A stretch of DNA of 64,000 nt from a virus (lineage: Duplodnaviria; Caudoviricetes): the IMG/VR virus record IMGVR_UViG_3300029955_000001. One strand, given 5' to 3'. The stretch's first letter is position 1, and every line of letters begins with the position of its first letter. A program made the position numbers and the translations under genes. Positions 19,507 to 29,870 of the stretch are shown here, piece by piece. The notes under the pieces are model-generated. The model saw only the letters and a list, made by a program, of their open reading frames with translations, was not told the DNA's origin and made no database searches.

Positions 19507-20331
19507 TTATTTTAAGTCAAGTGGCACGCCTATTATTGGATCTTCTCCATGAAATATTACACCTACTCGGTTTACTACTTTATCGAAAATAGGCATCTCT
19601 AGTTCCAATATTCTTGATCTAGCCACTTGTAAATTTGAGTCTGTTCTTGCTTTATGTTTCTGTGGAAGTGAATCTAATTCTTCAGTAGAAAATAAACCAG
19701 CTATAACACGGCGCTGAATAAACGTGCCGCGTTTGAATGAAGATGGAAAATCATTCCAATTGACACCTTTTGCCATCAGCATATCTTGCATCTCTGCACC
19801 TGATTTTTTGTGCAATTGAGCTTGACTATAAAAAGCACTAGCTGCCATGCTAATACTATTTTTAGAAGCATCGCGTTCACGCCATAGGAAGTTATTTGTT
19901 GCTTCTTCTAACGTAGGGAAGTTACATGCTCTGGCGTCAAATGTAGGTAAGCGATCAGCAAAACCTGGCATTTGTTTTAACACTTCTCTGTAAAAGAAAA
20001 GTGTGGCTTGCGCAGCAAGATGAGAAGTCATTTTAGCTACTCTTCTATCAAACCAAATTTGATTCTTTAAACTATCAGAATACCACGTCAGAGTAATTTC
20101 ATCACTCTGCGTATACCCCATGATAGCATTGGTGTGGTCTACTAAATATTTAGTAGTATTAACCATAGCTCTAGTCATCCGTAAATCAAATGGGCGATCC
20201 ATTCCTTTTGTAAAACGACTGAAACCACGACCATCTAATCTTGCTACGATTGGTAGTAACGGGAAGAACCTACGATCAGATTCGTAGTCTTCATACATTT
20301 TCATACGATCGCCAAGTGCGTCTAAAGACAT
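19507..20331 (-). CDS. thg1: tRNA-His guanylyltransferase Thg1-like protein
   Basis: LGDRMKMYE, IVARLDGRGFSRFT, GYTQSDEITL, TFDARA, WRERDASKNSISM. Confidence 0.92.
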   Translation of the reverse strand: MSLDALGDRMKMYEDYESDRRFFPLLPIVARLDGRGFSRFTKGMDRPFDLRMTRAMVNTTKYLVDHTNAIMGYTQSDEITLTWYSDSLKNQIWFDRRVAKMTSHLAAQATLFFYREVLKQMPGFADRLPTFDARACNFPTLEEATNNFLWRERDASKNSISMAASAFYSQAQLHKKSGAEMQDMLMAKGVNWNDFPSSFKRGTFIQRRVIAGLFSTEELDSLPQKHKARTDSNLQVARSRILELEMPIFDKVVNRVGVIFHGEDPIIGVPLDLK

Positions 20332-20386
20332 TATTATTCTCCTTTTTTTACATTATAGCTAATTATACATCGAAATCGTTGCTGGT

Positions 20387-20677
20387 TTAGCTAAACAGAT
20401 ATCGATGTTTTTTTTCATTACGCACAGGTAAACAATATCGAATACCTTCTGTGTTATTTTTATTAAAGAAATGCAACGTATAACATGGCAGAACTTCGTC
20501 GCCCTGATATTTAGTTTCTGCTGTACCTGTTTGCATATCAAATTCATTTAGTTCTGTTACAACTGTATGTATAAAGCTATGAAATTTATTTTGAAGCTCT
20601 TTATTAATACAGCGTGTCGTAATGAATTCAAATACAGGAACTGGGTCACTTCCTAATGATGGTAAATGTTCTAACAT
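20387..20677 (-). CDS. Hypothetical protein (tandem paralog of 20692 ORF)
   Basis: Shared CYTxxFxNxxNxxGIRYCLxVxNEK. Confidence 0.65.
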   Translation of the reverse strand: MLEHLPSLGSDPVPVFEFITTRCINKELQNKFHSFIHTVVTELNEFDMQTGTAETKYQGDEVLPCYTLHFFNKNNTEGIRYCLPVRNEKKHRYLFS

Positions 20678-20691
20678 GTTACTCTCCTTTA

Positions 20692-21033
20692 TTAATGAAG
20701 CACAAGTCCTTTATTAACTTTACCATTTACTTCTGTATACATTAGTCCCACATCAGTGATTTTTTCATTTTCTACTAGAAGACAATAACGAATACCATTT
20801 TTATTAAATTCATTATAAAAACGCACCGTATAACACGATACTTTTACACCTGATGTATCAGTGCTTCGTGATATTCCCGTAACAATAATAGGTGCGTCTA
20901 TTTTTACTAATGCGTCTTTTAAAAAATCATAAAACTTTTTTTCAACTTCTTGACTAGCATAACGCTCTTTGAAAAAACGTAGTACCTGTGTAAAATCATG
21001 CGTTATAGGTAGCGGTTCTATTTCTTCACTCAT
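20692..21033 (-). CDS. Hypothetical protein (tandem paralog of 20387 ORF)
   Basis: See above; GAGG SD. Confidence 0.65.
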   Translation of the reverse strand: MSEEIEPLPITHDFTQVLRFFKERYASQEVEKKFYDFLKDALVKIDAPIIVTGISRSTDTSGVKVSCYTVRFYNEFNKNGIRYCLLVENEKITDVGLMYTEVNGKVNKGLVLH

Positions 21034-21168
21034 TATACATCCTCCTCTGTTTCTACTGAGAACGGCGCAAGTTCTGGTATAAATGGTAAGTCTACATCAG
21101 TATCTTCCAGTGTATCGCGCCAGTAGCCGATAACCTTTTTATCTTTAATCACAATACTCTCCTTTATT

Positions 21169-21579
21169 TCACCATACTGGTGAACTATCTTTCCATGTTC
21201 TTATTGTATCAAAGACCTTTTTATTATTTTCTATTTCAAAGATAGTCTGATGTAGATATGGTCTGCGTGTAGACTTAATTATAGACATGAAAATAACAAT
21301 AGCAACATCAGCTCTCCATACGACTTTAACAAAAGCGTCTTTAGCAAACGCGCTAATTGGCGCCTTATCTTTATCGTAGATAATCACTGACTCGTTCTCT
21401 ACATGAAGATCTTTTATCTTTAGTATAAATAACTCTAGCTTCGATTTAGGAATACCGACATGACAAGATTCCCAATTATCAAAATGCCTTGTAGTGATAT
21501 ATACTAACGCAGCAGCGTTTTTAACTGTAAGACCAGGAACACTAAGACGAAGAAGTCTCACTATATTGCTATCATTCAT
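21169..21579 (-). CDS. XRE-type HTH protein
   Basis: GLTVKNAAALVYITTRHFDNWESCHVGIP. Confidence 0.55.
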   Translation of the reverse strand: MNDSNIVRLLRLSVPGLTVKNAAALVYITTRHFDNWESCHVGIPKSKLELFILKIKDLHVENESVIIYDKDKAPISAFAKDAFVKVVWRADVAIVIFMSIIKSTRRPYLHQTIFEIENNKKVFDTIRTWKDSSPVW

Positions 21580-22255
21580 GTTCTCGTTCCTCAAATTCAG
21601 TAAATTTAAACGTATAGTTAACGTCTAATGTTACTGTATTCATTGCAGTAGCCGTTTCCTCAGAACTGATTGGACAGCAACCTGTAAATACTGTTCTAGG
21701 TCGTTTCTTCATTGCGATCTTTGCACGACGTTTAGACATCTGATTGATCTTAGAGTTACTTTTGACAACGACTATTGTGCTTTTATGTAAATCTTGTTCT
21801 TTATGTTCATAGCTTTTTATCCAATTTTTAAAGAATGAAAATACATCTTGGTCTTTAGAAAGTGGAGTTTCGCTTTTATCGACGCTTAATTCTTCTTTCC
21901 AGAAAAAATCTATCAATGGATCAATAACTTTCAATTTGCATGTTGTTAGCGGGATACCGCTAACAATAGATAGCCAAGCTGCTCGTTCAATGCCAATTTT
22001 TTCTGAATCAACACCATAAAGAAAGTAGTATCCATTATGCTCGGTAATAAGATAAATAGCCCAACGATATGTATCTTTATCTGGGCCATCGCATTGCGCT
22101 TCTATAAGCCCAGTGCGATCATCATGTTTTATAGGGAAGACAGCTATATGTGTTATTGGATGTTTGAAATTTTTAATACGTTCTAATAACTGTTCGTTAC
22201 TTTGCATGTGTTTCGATGATAAAATAGCTGATGAAGATTTTACTGGTAAGTCCAT
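21572..22255 (-). CDS. Hypothetical protein
   Basis: AAGGAG SD; overlaps next gene. Confidence 0.6.
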   Translation of the reverse strand: MDLPVKSSSAILSSKHMQSNEQLLERIKNFKHPITHIAVFPIKHDDRTGLIEAQCDGPDKDTYRWAIYLITEHNGYYFLYGVDSEKIGIERAAWLSIVSGIPLTTCKLKVIDPLIDFFWKEELSVDKSETPLSKDQDVFSFFKNWIKSYEHKEQDLHKSTIVVVKSNSKINQMSKRRAKIAMKKRPRTVFTGCCPISSEETATAMNTVTLDVNYTFKFTEFEEREHE

Positions 22256-22323
22256 TTAGTAACTCCTTATTAAACAATAGCAGTCAGTCCATGTTATATT
22301 ACATGCTTCTTTATCTCTAAAGT

Positions 22324-23226
22324 TCAAATGGAGATATCATCTCTTGAACGTCTACAAATATATCGCGCAAATCGTGGAGCGTCTTTTAACCCTGTGTCAA
22401 CACTACGATATTTAATAGGTTCATTAATTAATTCTGTCGGATTATCAAAATAATAGAGACGTTCAGCATGGGACATTTTACCTGGTCCAACGTTAATAAT
22501 TTGTCCAGATAAAATATCACGACAAATTAATAAACCTACCATGCCTTTTCCAATTTTATTTTCTCTATGGCTACTGCGTTCTGTATAACCGAGCATATTT
22601 TTCTTAGCTATATTCAAATTCTTTTGGGCTTCTATTATTTTTAATACAATTGCATCTTTGTCCGAGGATGGTTTTAAACGTAAAAACCATCCTTCATTCA
22701 CAGTACATCTGCCGTTTTTATGATGTCCTAATGGATCGCGTAATATAATTCCTTCATATCCTTTTTTGAGACATTCGTTATAGAACGATAATACTTCTAT
22801 TTCATTCTTTAATAAAACATGAGGGATAATTCTAACATCATTTGGTTTATATTTTCTAATATAACTCTCTAATGCTTTTATTCGATTAGCATAAATAAGA
22901 CTAATTGTATCTTCTCTTAAGAAATCAAATGCATTCCAAATAACATGTGGCTCGCCTTCTATTGTTGTTAAAACTGAATTTGTGTCTCTGCAAAGTGATT
23001 TTGATGTAATGTCTCCATAAGTTGCTTCGCCATCAATGCCTGTATAAATAGAATGGGAGAAACGAGTAGTGGTATATAAATTTGCATGGGGATTTAAACT
23101 ACGACCAGTGGCAGTCCCAATAAGGTGCATTAAACGCACACCGTCTATTTTTGGGAACCCCATCACCGGATAATTTATATTGTCTAAAACCGCATCGCAA
23201 GCTAAAGACGGTTTATGCTTATACAT
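22324..23226 (-). CDS. lig: ATP-dependent DNA ligase (small, Chlorella-virus/T7-like)
   Basis: PKIDGVR motif I, AFD, YEGIILR, LRLKP, KDAPRF. Confidence 0.9.
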   Translation of the reverse strand: MYKHKPSLACDAVLDNINYPVMGFPKIDGVRLMHLIGTATGRSLNPHANLYTTTRFSHSIYTGIDGEATYGDITSKSLCRDTNSVLTTIEGEPHVIWNAFDFLREDTISLIYANRIKALESYIRKYKPNDVRIIPHVLLKNEIEVLSFYNECLKKGYEGIILRDPLGHHKNGRCTVNEGWFLRLKPSSDKDAIVLKIIEAQKNLNIAKKNMLGYTERSSHRENKIGKGMVGLLICRDILSGQIINVGPGKMSHAERLYYFDNPTELINEPIKYRSVDTGLKDAPRFARYICRRSRDDISI

Positions 23227-23668
23227 AATTTTATTTATATTTTTGGTTTATTATCACACCGCTATTTAAAGCCATTTTAAAATACGATAAGATGCAAATT
23301 ATACAACCGATGGTTTTAATTCGGTGCTATTAGGCTCTGCTTTAACACCATCGACGAAATCAATGAGTTCCCGCTCAATAGAAGAACAGTCGTCATGTCC
23401 GCGACTAATACTATTTCTGTCAATAAAGCCTTCATATTCAGAACGACTAACAAACTTAATAGTAAGTAATTTATCCTTATAAGTCGTTTGCAATGTGTGT
23501 CTATCTTTAACTACCCATGTTAAAGATAGACGTGGTAATGTTATTTTTAAAAAACCACTTCAATCGACACTAGTTTCACTATCGTCAAAGTTACTCATGA
23601 TTATTCCTTTATTAAATTAATGCTGTTTGAATACCATTGCGATCACTGTACTATAGTCCATGCATTTT

Positions 23669-24580
23669 TTATACCCTTGGAGTAACCGGTTCGGCGATTT
23701 GAGATTGATATTTGCCGCCGCGATCTTTATACGAAACTTCGCACGGTCTTGTGCCACGAAAAAACTGAATTTGTGCACAACCTTCGTTAGCGTAAAGCAT
23801 TGCTGGTAATGGCGTTGCATTAGCAAATTCTAACGTCAGATAACCTTCCCATTCAGGTTCCAACGGTGTTACCATCACTGAAATACCGCATCTGGCATAG
23901 GTCGATTTACCTACACAGTTAGACACTATATCGCGAGGTATGATAAAACGCTCCAGGGTATGGGTAAGTACGAAGGAATTAGGAGGAATGATGCAAATAG
24001 GTCCTTTGAAATTAACGAAATTCTTATCGTCGAAGTTCTTTGGATCTACGACCGTTGAATTTATATTGGTAAATATTTTAAATTCATCAGAACAACGAAT
24101 ATCGTAACCAAAGCTTGATAAACCATAACTTACGATTTTCTCAGCAATTTCTAGACCCAAACTGAGATCTGTACTACGCCATTTTTCTTTGATATCAAAA
24201 TCAACACTACCGTCGAATGATGCTTGCCATTTACGTCGTTGTTCTTCATTTGGACGTATCCATCGCTCACGTACTTGTCCATCCACAAATGGACTGATCA
24301 TCGGATTGAAATTAGCTTTTTCTCTAACAGTCAATTCACGATAAGCCATCGTACCTAAGGCATGCGTGTTTCTTAATTTATTGAATTCGTAGAAACCTAT
24401 TTCTTTAAGCAGATCTTCTTCCGACTGATACGTAAAAGAATCTATTGGTTGAGGTACAAGAAAAACATCAAACTGTACTCCGCTATCATCAGGCGGCGGC
24501 GTCACTGATGTCATCCTTGTTACTACGTATTTTGGTGGACTGCACAACTCACGTATCTGGCGATCACAAAGTATGCTCAT
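23669..24580 (-). CDS. dcd: dCTP deaminase with N-terminal insertions
   Basis: [50 protein letters not shown]. Confidence 0.92.
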   Translation of the reverse strand: MSILCDRQIRELCSPPKYVVTRMTSVTPPPDDSGVQFDVFLVPQPIDSFTYQSEEDLLKEIGFYEFNKLRNTHALGTMAYRELTVREKANFNPMISPFVDGQVRERWIRPNEEQRRKWQASFDGSVDFDIKEKWRSTDLSLGLEIAEKIVSYGLSSFGYDIRCSDEFKIFTNINSTVVDPKNFDDKNFVNFKGPICIIPPNSFVLTHTLERFIIPRDIVSNCVGKSTYARCGISVMVTPLEPEWEGYLTLEFANATPLPAMLYANEGCAQIQFFRGTRPCEVSYKDRGGKYQSQIAEPVTPRV

Positions 24581-24656
24581 TGTTTAATTTCCTTTCGTAT
24601 TTAAGTCTTGTGTTATTCTCAGAACATCGCTTTCACTATCTATCAAAGCTACCATA

Positions 24657-24953
24657 TCAGTCACCTTTATTGAAAAACGTATCTACACCAACAGTTATTG
24701 ACGTAGCACCTGCTGCTAAGAGTTCGTCATGTTGTTCAATGGTTATTTTGCAGTTAGTTAATATCACGTAATACTCGGGACTCACTACGATATCCCAATC
24801 GTATTCAGTTTTTAGTAAAACGGATATGAATTTTTCAATAGCTTTCTTTAGTGACAGATTGTCAGATAAAAGACTACTTGAATATTCTTTATCGTCGTTA
24901 CGCTGAGATACGTTTGCTTCTTTTCTATACGCGTAAGTTACCCAGCCGCTCAT
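24657..24953 (-). CDS. Hypothetical protein
   Basis: AAGGAA SD, co-directional. Confidence 0.55.
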   Translation of the reverse strand: MSGWVTYAYRKEANVSQRNDDKEYSSSLLSDNLSLKKAIEKFISVLLKTEYDWDIVVSPEYYVILTNCKITIEQHDELLAAGATSITVGVDTFFNKGD

Positions 24954-25051
24954 AGTGTTTTCCTTTACGAATTATTAAATGTTATTGTTCGCAATGATGG
25001 TATTTGTATACCCTTTCATCTCTTCTAAAATAAGATATTCTTTAATACACA

Positions 25052-25133
25052 TACATAACGTAGTATCTTTCGATACTGAGTCTGGTCAACTTAATACCTT
25101 ACGGTATCATCCTTTTAGGGATGGAGTAGTTGA
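25052..25133 (-). mobile_element. Second copy of the IscB-element 5' end (omegaRNA 5' fragment), no ORF
   Basis: 25074-25128 identical over 55 bp to 19268-19322; continues to CTACGTT then diverges. Confidence 0.85.
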
Positions 25134-25351
25134 TTAAATAAATAAGTTTGAAGACTATCCAATTCTTCGAGCATAATGTCTTCATCAAAACAAATGGATG
25201 ACAGGCTTGTAATGATGTCACCACGGCGTTTGTTTTCAGTCACCCATTCACTACCTACCTTAGCTTTGTACCATCCTTTAAACAAAGCTAAAAGAGTCGT
25301 GATGTCGCGTTGTTCGTGACTGACATATGGAGTTATAAACGGTACGCTCAT
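25115..25351 (-). CDS. Hypothetical protein ending inside the IscB-end copy
   Basis: Ends ...NQLLHP* with stop from CCCTAA of the element. Confidence 0.55.
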   Translation of the reverse strand: MSVPFITPYVSHEQRDITTLLALFKGWYKAKVGSEWVTENKRRGDIITSLSSICFDEDIMLEELDSLQTYLFNQLLHP

Positions 25352-25361
25352 TTTATTTCCT

Positions 25362-25802
25362 TTATTTAGACTGCTGTTTAATAAGCTTATCTACTTTGAT
25401 ATAAACTTGCATTTGTTCTTTTCTTGTTGTTAGATCTTGCATTCCATCTGTTACTTCTAAACCTTGTCTGATGTACTGAATCTCCTCATCAGATATTCCC
25501 CACTTATTATCCGTTCGAGACCATCTATCTTTTACGTCACAGATAGCATTAACGGCTAACATCAATACTTCTTTTTCTTCTTCTTTAAAGAATATATCAG
25601 CAAACTCTAAACCTACACTTAATCTAAAGCTAATATCTCTCCATCCTTGCAATGATCCATTTCTTTCAATAAATTCTTCTAATCGTAAATATGGTTTTAT
25701 GTTAAGAAGACCAGCTTCGCTTTCTGTGGTTAGAGGCGTGCTCAATAATAATGTACGACGAACATTAGCTGATTTTCTAGAAGATTTTTTATTACCTGCC
25801 AT
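25362..25802 (-). CDS. Hypothetical protein
   Basis: GGAG SD, co-directional. Confidence 0.6.
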   Translation of the reverse strand: MAGNKKSSRKSANVRRTLLLSTPLTTESEAGLLNIKPYLRLEEFIERNGSLQGWRDISFRLSVGLEFADIFFKEEEKEVLMLAVNAICDVKDRWSRTDNKWGISDEEIQYIRQGLEVTDGMQDLTTRKEQMQVYIKVDKLIKQQSK

Positions 25803-25817
25803 TTGTTCTCCGTTTTA

Positions 25818-26348
25818 TTACGCGACATTCACAGCTTTTACAATACGTCTATTATGTTCTGCTTCTTCAACAAACGGTAATCCTATTTGTTCAGCAGCTT
25901 CTATTCGTCCAAATCCCTGATCACGTAAATCTTTATACATCGCGTAATCAGAAATAATACTAGGATACCAGCAATCAGGGCAATAATCATTTTTGTTACT
26001 TTTATTTAATATGTTCCCGCATGTTTTTCTTAAATGTGTTTTAGAAATAGCCTGGCAGCGTTTCTTAGGGGAGATTATTTGATCGATAATTTCTTTTTCT
26101 TGTTCTGGCGAGATCGCAATACGTTTAACGTATTTTCTAACTATGCGGTCATTATCAGTATCGTCAGGCACGATGAAACTAGACGGATCTTTATTTCTGT
26201 CCGCATTTATTTCATTGATAATATTTCCTGCTTCTTCTTTTCGAAATAGACGTTTTTTTCCAACATGTTTTTGAATCTCAGCAAACGTTAAAGTAAATGT
26301 AAAATTACGAAGAAGTTGATCAAGTGTTACTCTGCGTTCAAAAGTCAT
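25818..26348 (-). CDS. Hypothetical protein with possible C4 zinc finger
   Basis: RCQA...TCG...YCPDC. Confidence 0.55.
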   Translation of the reverse strand: MTFERRVTLDQLLRNFTFTLTFAEIQKHVGKKRLFRKEEAGNIINEINADRNKDPSSFIVPDDTDNDRIVRKYVKRIAISPEQEKEIIDQIISPKKRCQAISKTHLRKTCGNILNKSNKNDYCPDCWYPSIISDYAMYKDLRDQGFGRIEAAEQIGLPFVEEAEHNRRIVKAVNVA

Positions 26349-26377
26349 TTACACACCCCTATGCGAATAGAAAATAG

Positions 26378-26403
26378 CAGGAGAGCTATATAGCTCTCCT
26401 GCT
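26378..26403 (-). terminator. Terminator-like palindrome
   Basis: GCAGGAGAGCTATATAGCTCTCCTGC followed by T-rich tract on minus strand. Confidence 0.7.
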
Positions 26404-26411
26404 AAAGTAAG

Positions 26412-27347
26412 TTACTTCATAATGCCAAATGCTGTAATGTGATTATAAGAAACTAAATCGACTCCATGTGTTCTAGGTGTTTCTATTGGTTTAGCAGATT
26501 TTATTTTATCAGACAAACCAGTTAGAGCTTTTAATTTATTGTCTTTAGGTTTCCCATAAAAGGCAATATCACATAGTTCGAATGCTGGTTGAAGTGATTC
26601 TTTATGCATCTTACGCTGACGTTCTAAGAACACTGTTGCTTCCTCACCAGGCAGACGAATACCTCGCACATCTGTTAGTTTACGTTTAGTTCCATACTGA
26701 CCATCGTGCCTTAACGTCGAACTAAAACTACTGCTTCGGCAATAGTAATTATCGTCCTTTTCGCCTGGTAACTTAGGAAATTCGATGGAATCTACTCCAT
26801 AAACACTGAACACATAAGGACCACAGAAAATTCCTTTATCTATGTCAAAGCGATAACAATATGGAAATTTATTAGCACTTTCATTTATAGATTGTGTTTC
26901 AGCATCGACCGAAATCACAGCTTCGTCAGCTGTTAAATTACCGAACATGCTGTCAGTGGGGAAAGAATGCAACTCTATCATAGAACGCAAGGCGACGAGC
27001 ATGTGATTTTGATTAGACACGTCTTTAACCCCAACTGCAGCTTCTTTACCACTAGCTACCAGGGCAAATGGATTAAGATCCGACGCATTACCATTAACTG
27101 CCAAGCTGTTAACATTGTAAGCTTCGGCTTTACCACGAAAATAATCGCCAATAGCTTTTGTATCGTCAGTAGTAAAAGTAGCAAAGAAACTGACCTTTGC
27201 AACTTCGTTTTCAAGAATGCTATAAAAAGCTTTTAACTTATAGTTAGGCGATACGCCAGATTCGAAGAAATAAGTTTTAAAGTTTTCTTTATACCAGATG
27301 TTAAATTCATTTATAATTTCAGGATACATAATTTTATATTCTTTCAA
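26412..27347 (-). CDS. Hypothetical protein
   Basis: 311 aa ORF, no recognised motif. Confidence 0.6.
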   Translation of the reverse strand: MKEYKIMYPEIINEFNIWYKENFKTYFFESGVSPNYKLKAFYSILENEVAKVSFFATFTTDDTKAIGDYFRGKAEAYNVNSLAVNGNASDLNPFALVASGKEAAVGVKDVSNQNHMLVALRSMIELHSFPTDSMFGNLTADEAVISVDAETQSINESANKFPYCYRFDIDKGIFCGPYVFSVYGVDSIEFPKLPGEKDDNYYCRSSSFSSTLRHDGQYGTKRKLTDVRGIRLPGEEATVFLERQRKMHKESLQPAFELCDIAFYGKPKDNKLKALTGLSDKIKSAKPIETPRTHGVDLVSYNHITAFGIMK

Positions 27348-27395
27348 TGTTATATATTTTAGTTTCTAAAATATGTTATTGGGAAAGTTTCTATT

Positions 27396-27821
27396 TTAAG
27401 CCCTTTCACTAACAGCATCAATCGAAATTATTTGGCATTGATCTACGATCTTTGTTCCAGATTTGAATTTAACAAAACCTCGCATTGCAAACTGAACTTT
27501 ATTTTCAGTTATTAACCTATCCAAAATTACCCCTTTTTCATTAGCGAGGGTCTCAATGTCTCCTGTTAACACATTGTCTTCGAATTTGAAATTAGAAACC
27601 TTATGAGATACATTATCTGCACTAACGATTAAACATCTCATTTGCCTTTCTGCGTCACTGAGACTCTTATCTTCTAATGCAGCTGGTCCACCTAGTTCTC
27701 CGAACAACGCCTGTTCTTTAGGTATGTGTTCAAAAGTTAATCTTAATACTTCAGCTGGGTATATACGGCCTTTCTTATTTTCTTTATCAGCTTCTTGAAT
27801 AATCTGGTTTACAAGTAACAT
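27396..27821 (-). CDS. T4 gp21-like prohead protease homolog, catalytic residues apparently lost
   Basis: NKKGRIYPAEVL, FGELGGP (cf. GELxHP), NVSHKV, FAMRG (cf. SSRG). Confidence 0.6.
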   Translation of the reverse strand: MLLVNQIIQEADKENKKGRIYPAEVLRLTFEHIPKEQALFGELGGPAALEDKSLSDAERQMRCLIVSADNVSHKVSNFKFEDNVLTGDIETLANEKGVILDRLITENKVQFAMRGFVKFKSGTKIVDQCQIISIDAVSERA

Positions 27822-27823
27822 TG

Positions 27824-28300
27824 TTACACCTCTGTTGTTTTAAATAAACCATCAGCATATCCTAGCTGATAACCTTCCCACAAGAAATGTGTTCCAACGT
27901 TTTTATACTTACCGATTTTATCTCCGTTGGATTCACCAAAAGCATCTTTCTCACCATAACGCTCGATGAATCTAGTAATGAATAAAATATTAGAATCTTT
28001 CTTATAAACAATCTTTTGAATATGCTCTTCAAACTTCAGACGTAGTGGATCATCTTTTGGCAATTCTTGATTTGGCATTTCGATTCCTTTATTACAACTG
28101 TTACGATTATTAAAATGTTCACCGATGTTAATAGATTCTAAACCAAGAAATGACAAAGCAAATGCAATGAATGGCGCGTATATTAATAATTTTTTAAATC
28201 TAGGATTTTCAGAAGTAAATACTCCAAATGAAATAAGTATAAGAATCACCACTAACGTCAGTAAAGCAATTCCTACCCAGCGGTATACATCTCCTAACAT
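27824..28300 (-). CDS. Membrane protein
   Basis: Two N-terminal hydrophobic helices. Confidence 0.6.
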   Translation of the reverse strand: MLGDVYRWVGIALLTLVVILILISFGVFTSENPRFKKLLIYAPFIAFALSFLGLESINIGEHFNNRNSCNKGIEMPNQELPKDDPLRLKFEEHIQKIVYKKDSNILFITRFIERYGEKDAFGESNGDKIGKYKNVGTHFLWEGYQLGYADGLFKTTEV

Positions 28301-28447
28301 AGTTCTCTCCTATTAAAATACCTTGTTCAAACTAGTGATATATTGTTTAAATTATCTAGAATGCACGCGTCATAATGTTTACCATTTGTGTTAAAATAAA
28401 CAAAAAAATAAGGAAGAATCCCCCCCCCCTTATTTTTTACTTTAACA

Positions 28448-28630
28448 TTACGGCACAAGCGGCCAGTTGTTTTCCATCGGGGTAGTAGTTAAAACACGCG
28501 CTGCGATAATCACCCGGAACCAGAAGCCGGGATACCCACCACATGCATCCTTTACTTTGTCGCAGTTTTCATCCCATTCTTTACTGCTTTTTGATGACTT
28601 CATCAGTATTACAACTTCTTCTTCGTTCAT
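28448..28630 (-). CDS. Hypothetical protein
   Basis: AAGGAA SD. Confidence 0.55.
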   Translation of the reverse strand: MNEEEVVILMKSSKSSKEWDENCDKVKDACGGYPGFWFRVIIAARVLTTTPMENNWPLVP

Positions 28631-28707
28631 GATATTTTTCCTTTTATATTAAGACGGCATAGTAAGGAGAAGTTTTACCTCCTCCCTAGTTATTACTCGG
28701 TAGTGCC

Positions 28708-29298
28708 TCAAACATGTCGCTGCCCGAAAGCTTGCGGCACGTCAACTAGTCCAAAACCAGACAAAGCACTGGCTGTATTTTTATCAACTACATGAACTGT
28801 TTCCGGCTTAGCGTTTATGCGATCACGGCGATAGACATACTTTTCTGGTTTAGTTTGTTTTTCGGAATAAGCAGATGTGTCGAACGAGCCTGAGTATTCA
28901 GTATCAAAAACAACTTTTAGATTATTCGTACCTAAAAGTGAAAATACTGAAAGGTTATCGAAATCGTTGCTGACAGGCTTACGTGTTTTGATTGTCCGAA
29001 CTTCTGTTAAAGCTTCGCCGGTGCTGTGTTTTCCAAATATGAAATTTGGATTTGTAGGGAACGTCTTATTAAATAATAGTGAGTGGTGCTCATGTCTTAT
29101 ATCGTTGCATGAAGAACAACACGATTGACAAAATACGCCGAAATTAAAAGCACCTTTAACACTACCGCATTTGCATTGATACAACGTTTCATCTCCGACT
29201 AAATTTCGTATGGACTGCCATGTCTCGTTTAAGAGATTGCGACGGCGCGCAACTGCTTTTTCTAAGTAAGCTGCACGCGTCTCAATATTATCATTCAT
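28708..29298 (-). CDS. Protein with RNAP beta'-like N-terminal zinc-binding motif
   Basis: YQCKCGSVKGAFNFGVFCQSC. Confidence 0.5.
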   Translation of the reverse strand: MNDNIETRAAYLEKAVARRRNLLNETWQSIRNLVGDETLYQCKCGSVKGAFNFGVFCQSCCSSCNDIRHEHHSLLFNKTFPTNPNFIFGKHSTGEALTEVRTIKTRKPVSNDFDNLSVFSLLGTNNLKVVFDTEYSGSFDTSAYSEKQTKPEKYVYRRDRINAKPETVHVVDKNTASALSGFGLVDVPQAFGQRHV

Positions 29299-29308
29299 TT
29301 TTATTCCT

Positions 29309-29686
29309 TTAAAGAATTATAATCTTACGCATTTGTTGGTTTAAAGGCACATGTCCTTGCCAACACATTAACCAGTAACTTTCAGTTTGCGTATCAACTT
29401 GCGTTCTCCATACTTTTCCAACAGAGAGATCTTCTGGCACTGACTGACTATGTTCCAATAAAAGAAATGTTTCTCTATCCATAACAACATCAATGCCGTC
29501 CATTGCTACTTTATCTTTCAGTGGGTGGTGATGAAATACTCCACTATTATCTACAGTGTCCGGCAACGTATTAGTTTCATCTAGTAAGTGACTGACGATT
29601 AAATTATTGATACGCGAAGTCGTTTTTGAAATGGTTTCTTGTAGAGCTTTTTTACCTTCTACGCTAGAAAAATAGTCTTCATTCAT
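29309..29686 (-). CDS. Hypothetical protein (C-terminal domain related to 44461 ORF)
   Basis: VVMDRETFLLL...SVP...GKVWR vs AIMNQETFRQL...SLP...GKMWK. Confidence 0.6.
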   Translation of the reverse strand: MNEDYFSSVEGKKALQETISKTTSRINNLIVSHLLDETNTLPDTVDNSGVFHHHPLKDKVAMDGIDVVMDRETFLLLEHSQSVPEDLSVGKVWRTQVDTQTESYWLMCWQGHVPLNQQMRKIIIL

Positions 29687-29870
29687 ACTACTCTCCTTTA
29701 TTTATTTGTTTATTCTCCACCGCAGGCTTACAAACAAACTTCTTTCCGAACTGTTTAGATTCTGAAGAAATATTACTCTCACAACGCATGAGAGTAATAT
29801 GTTTGTTTAGTTCGTAACCGGTGTAGATACCAAGGACGATCAAAATCACTACGCGCCACATACTCGTTCC

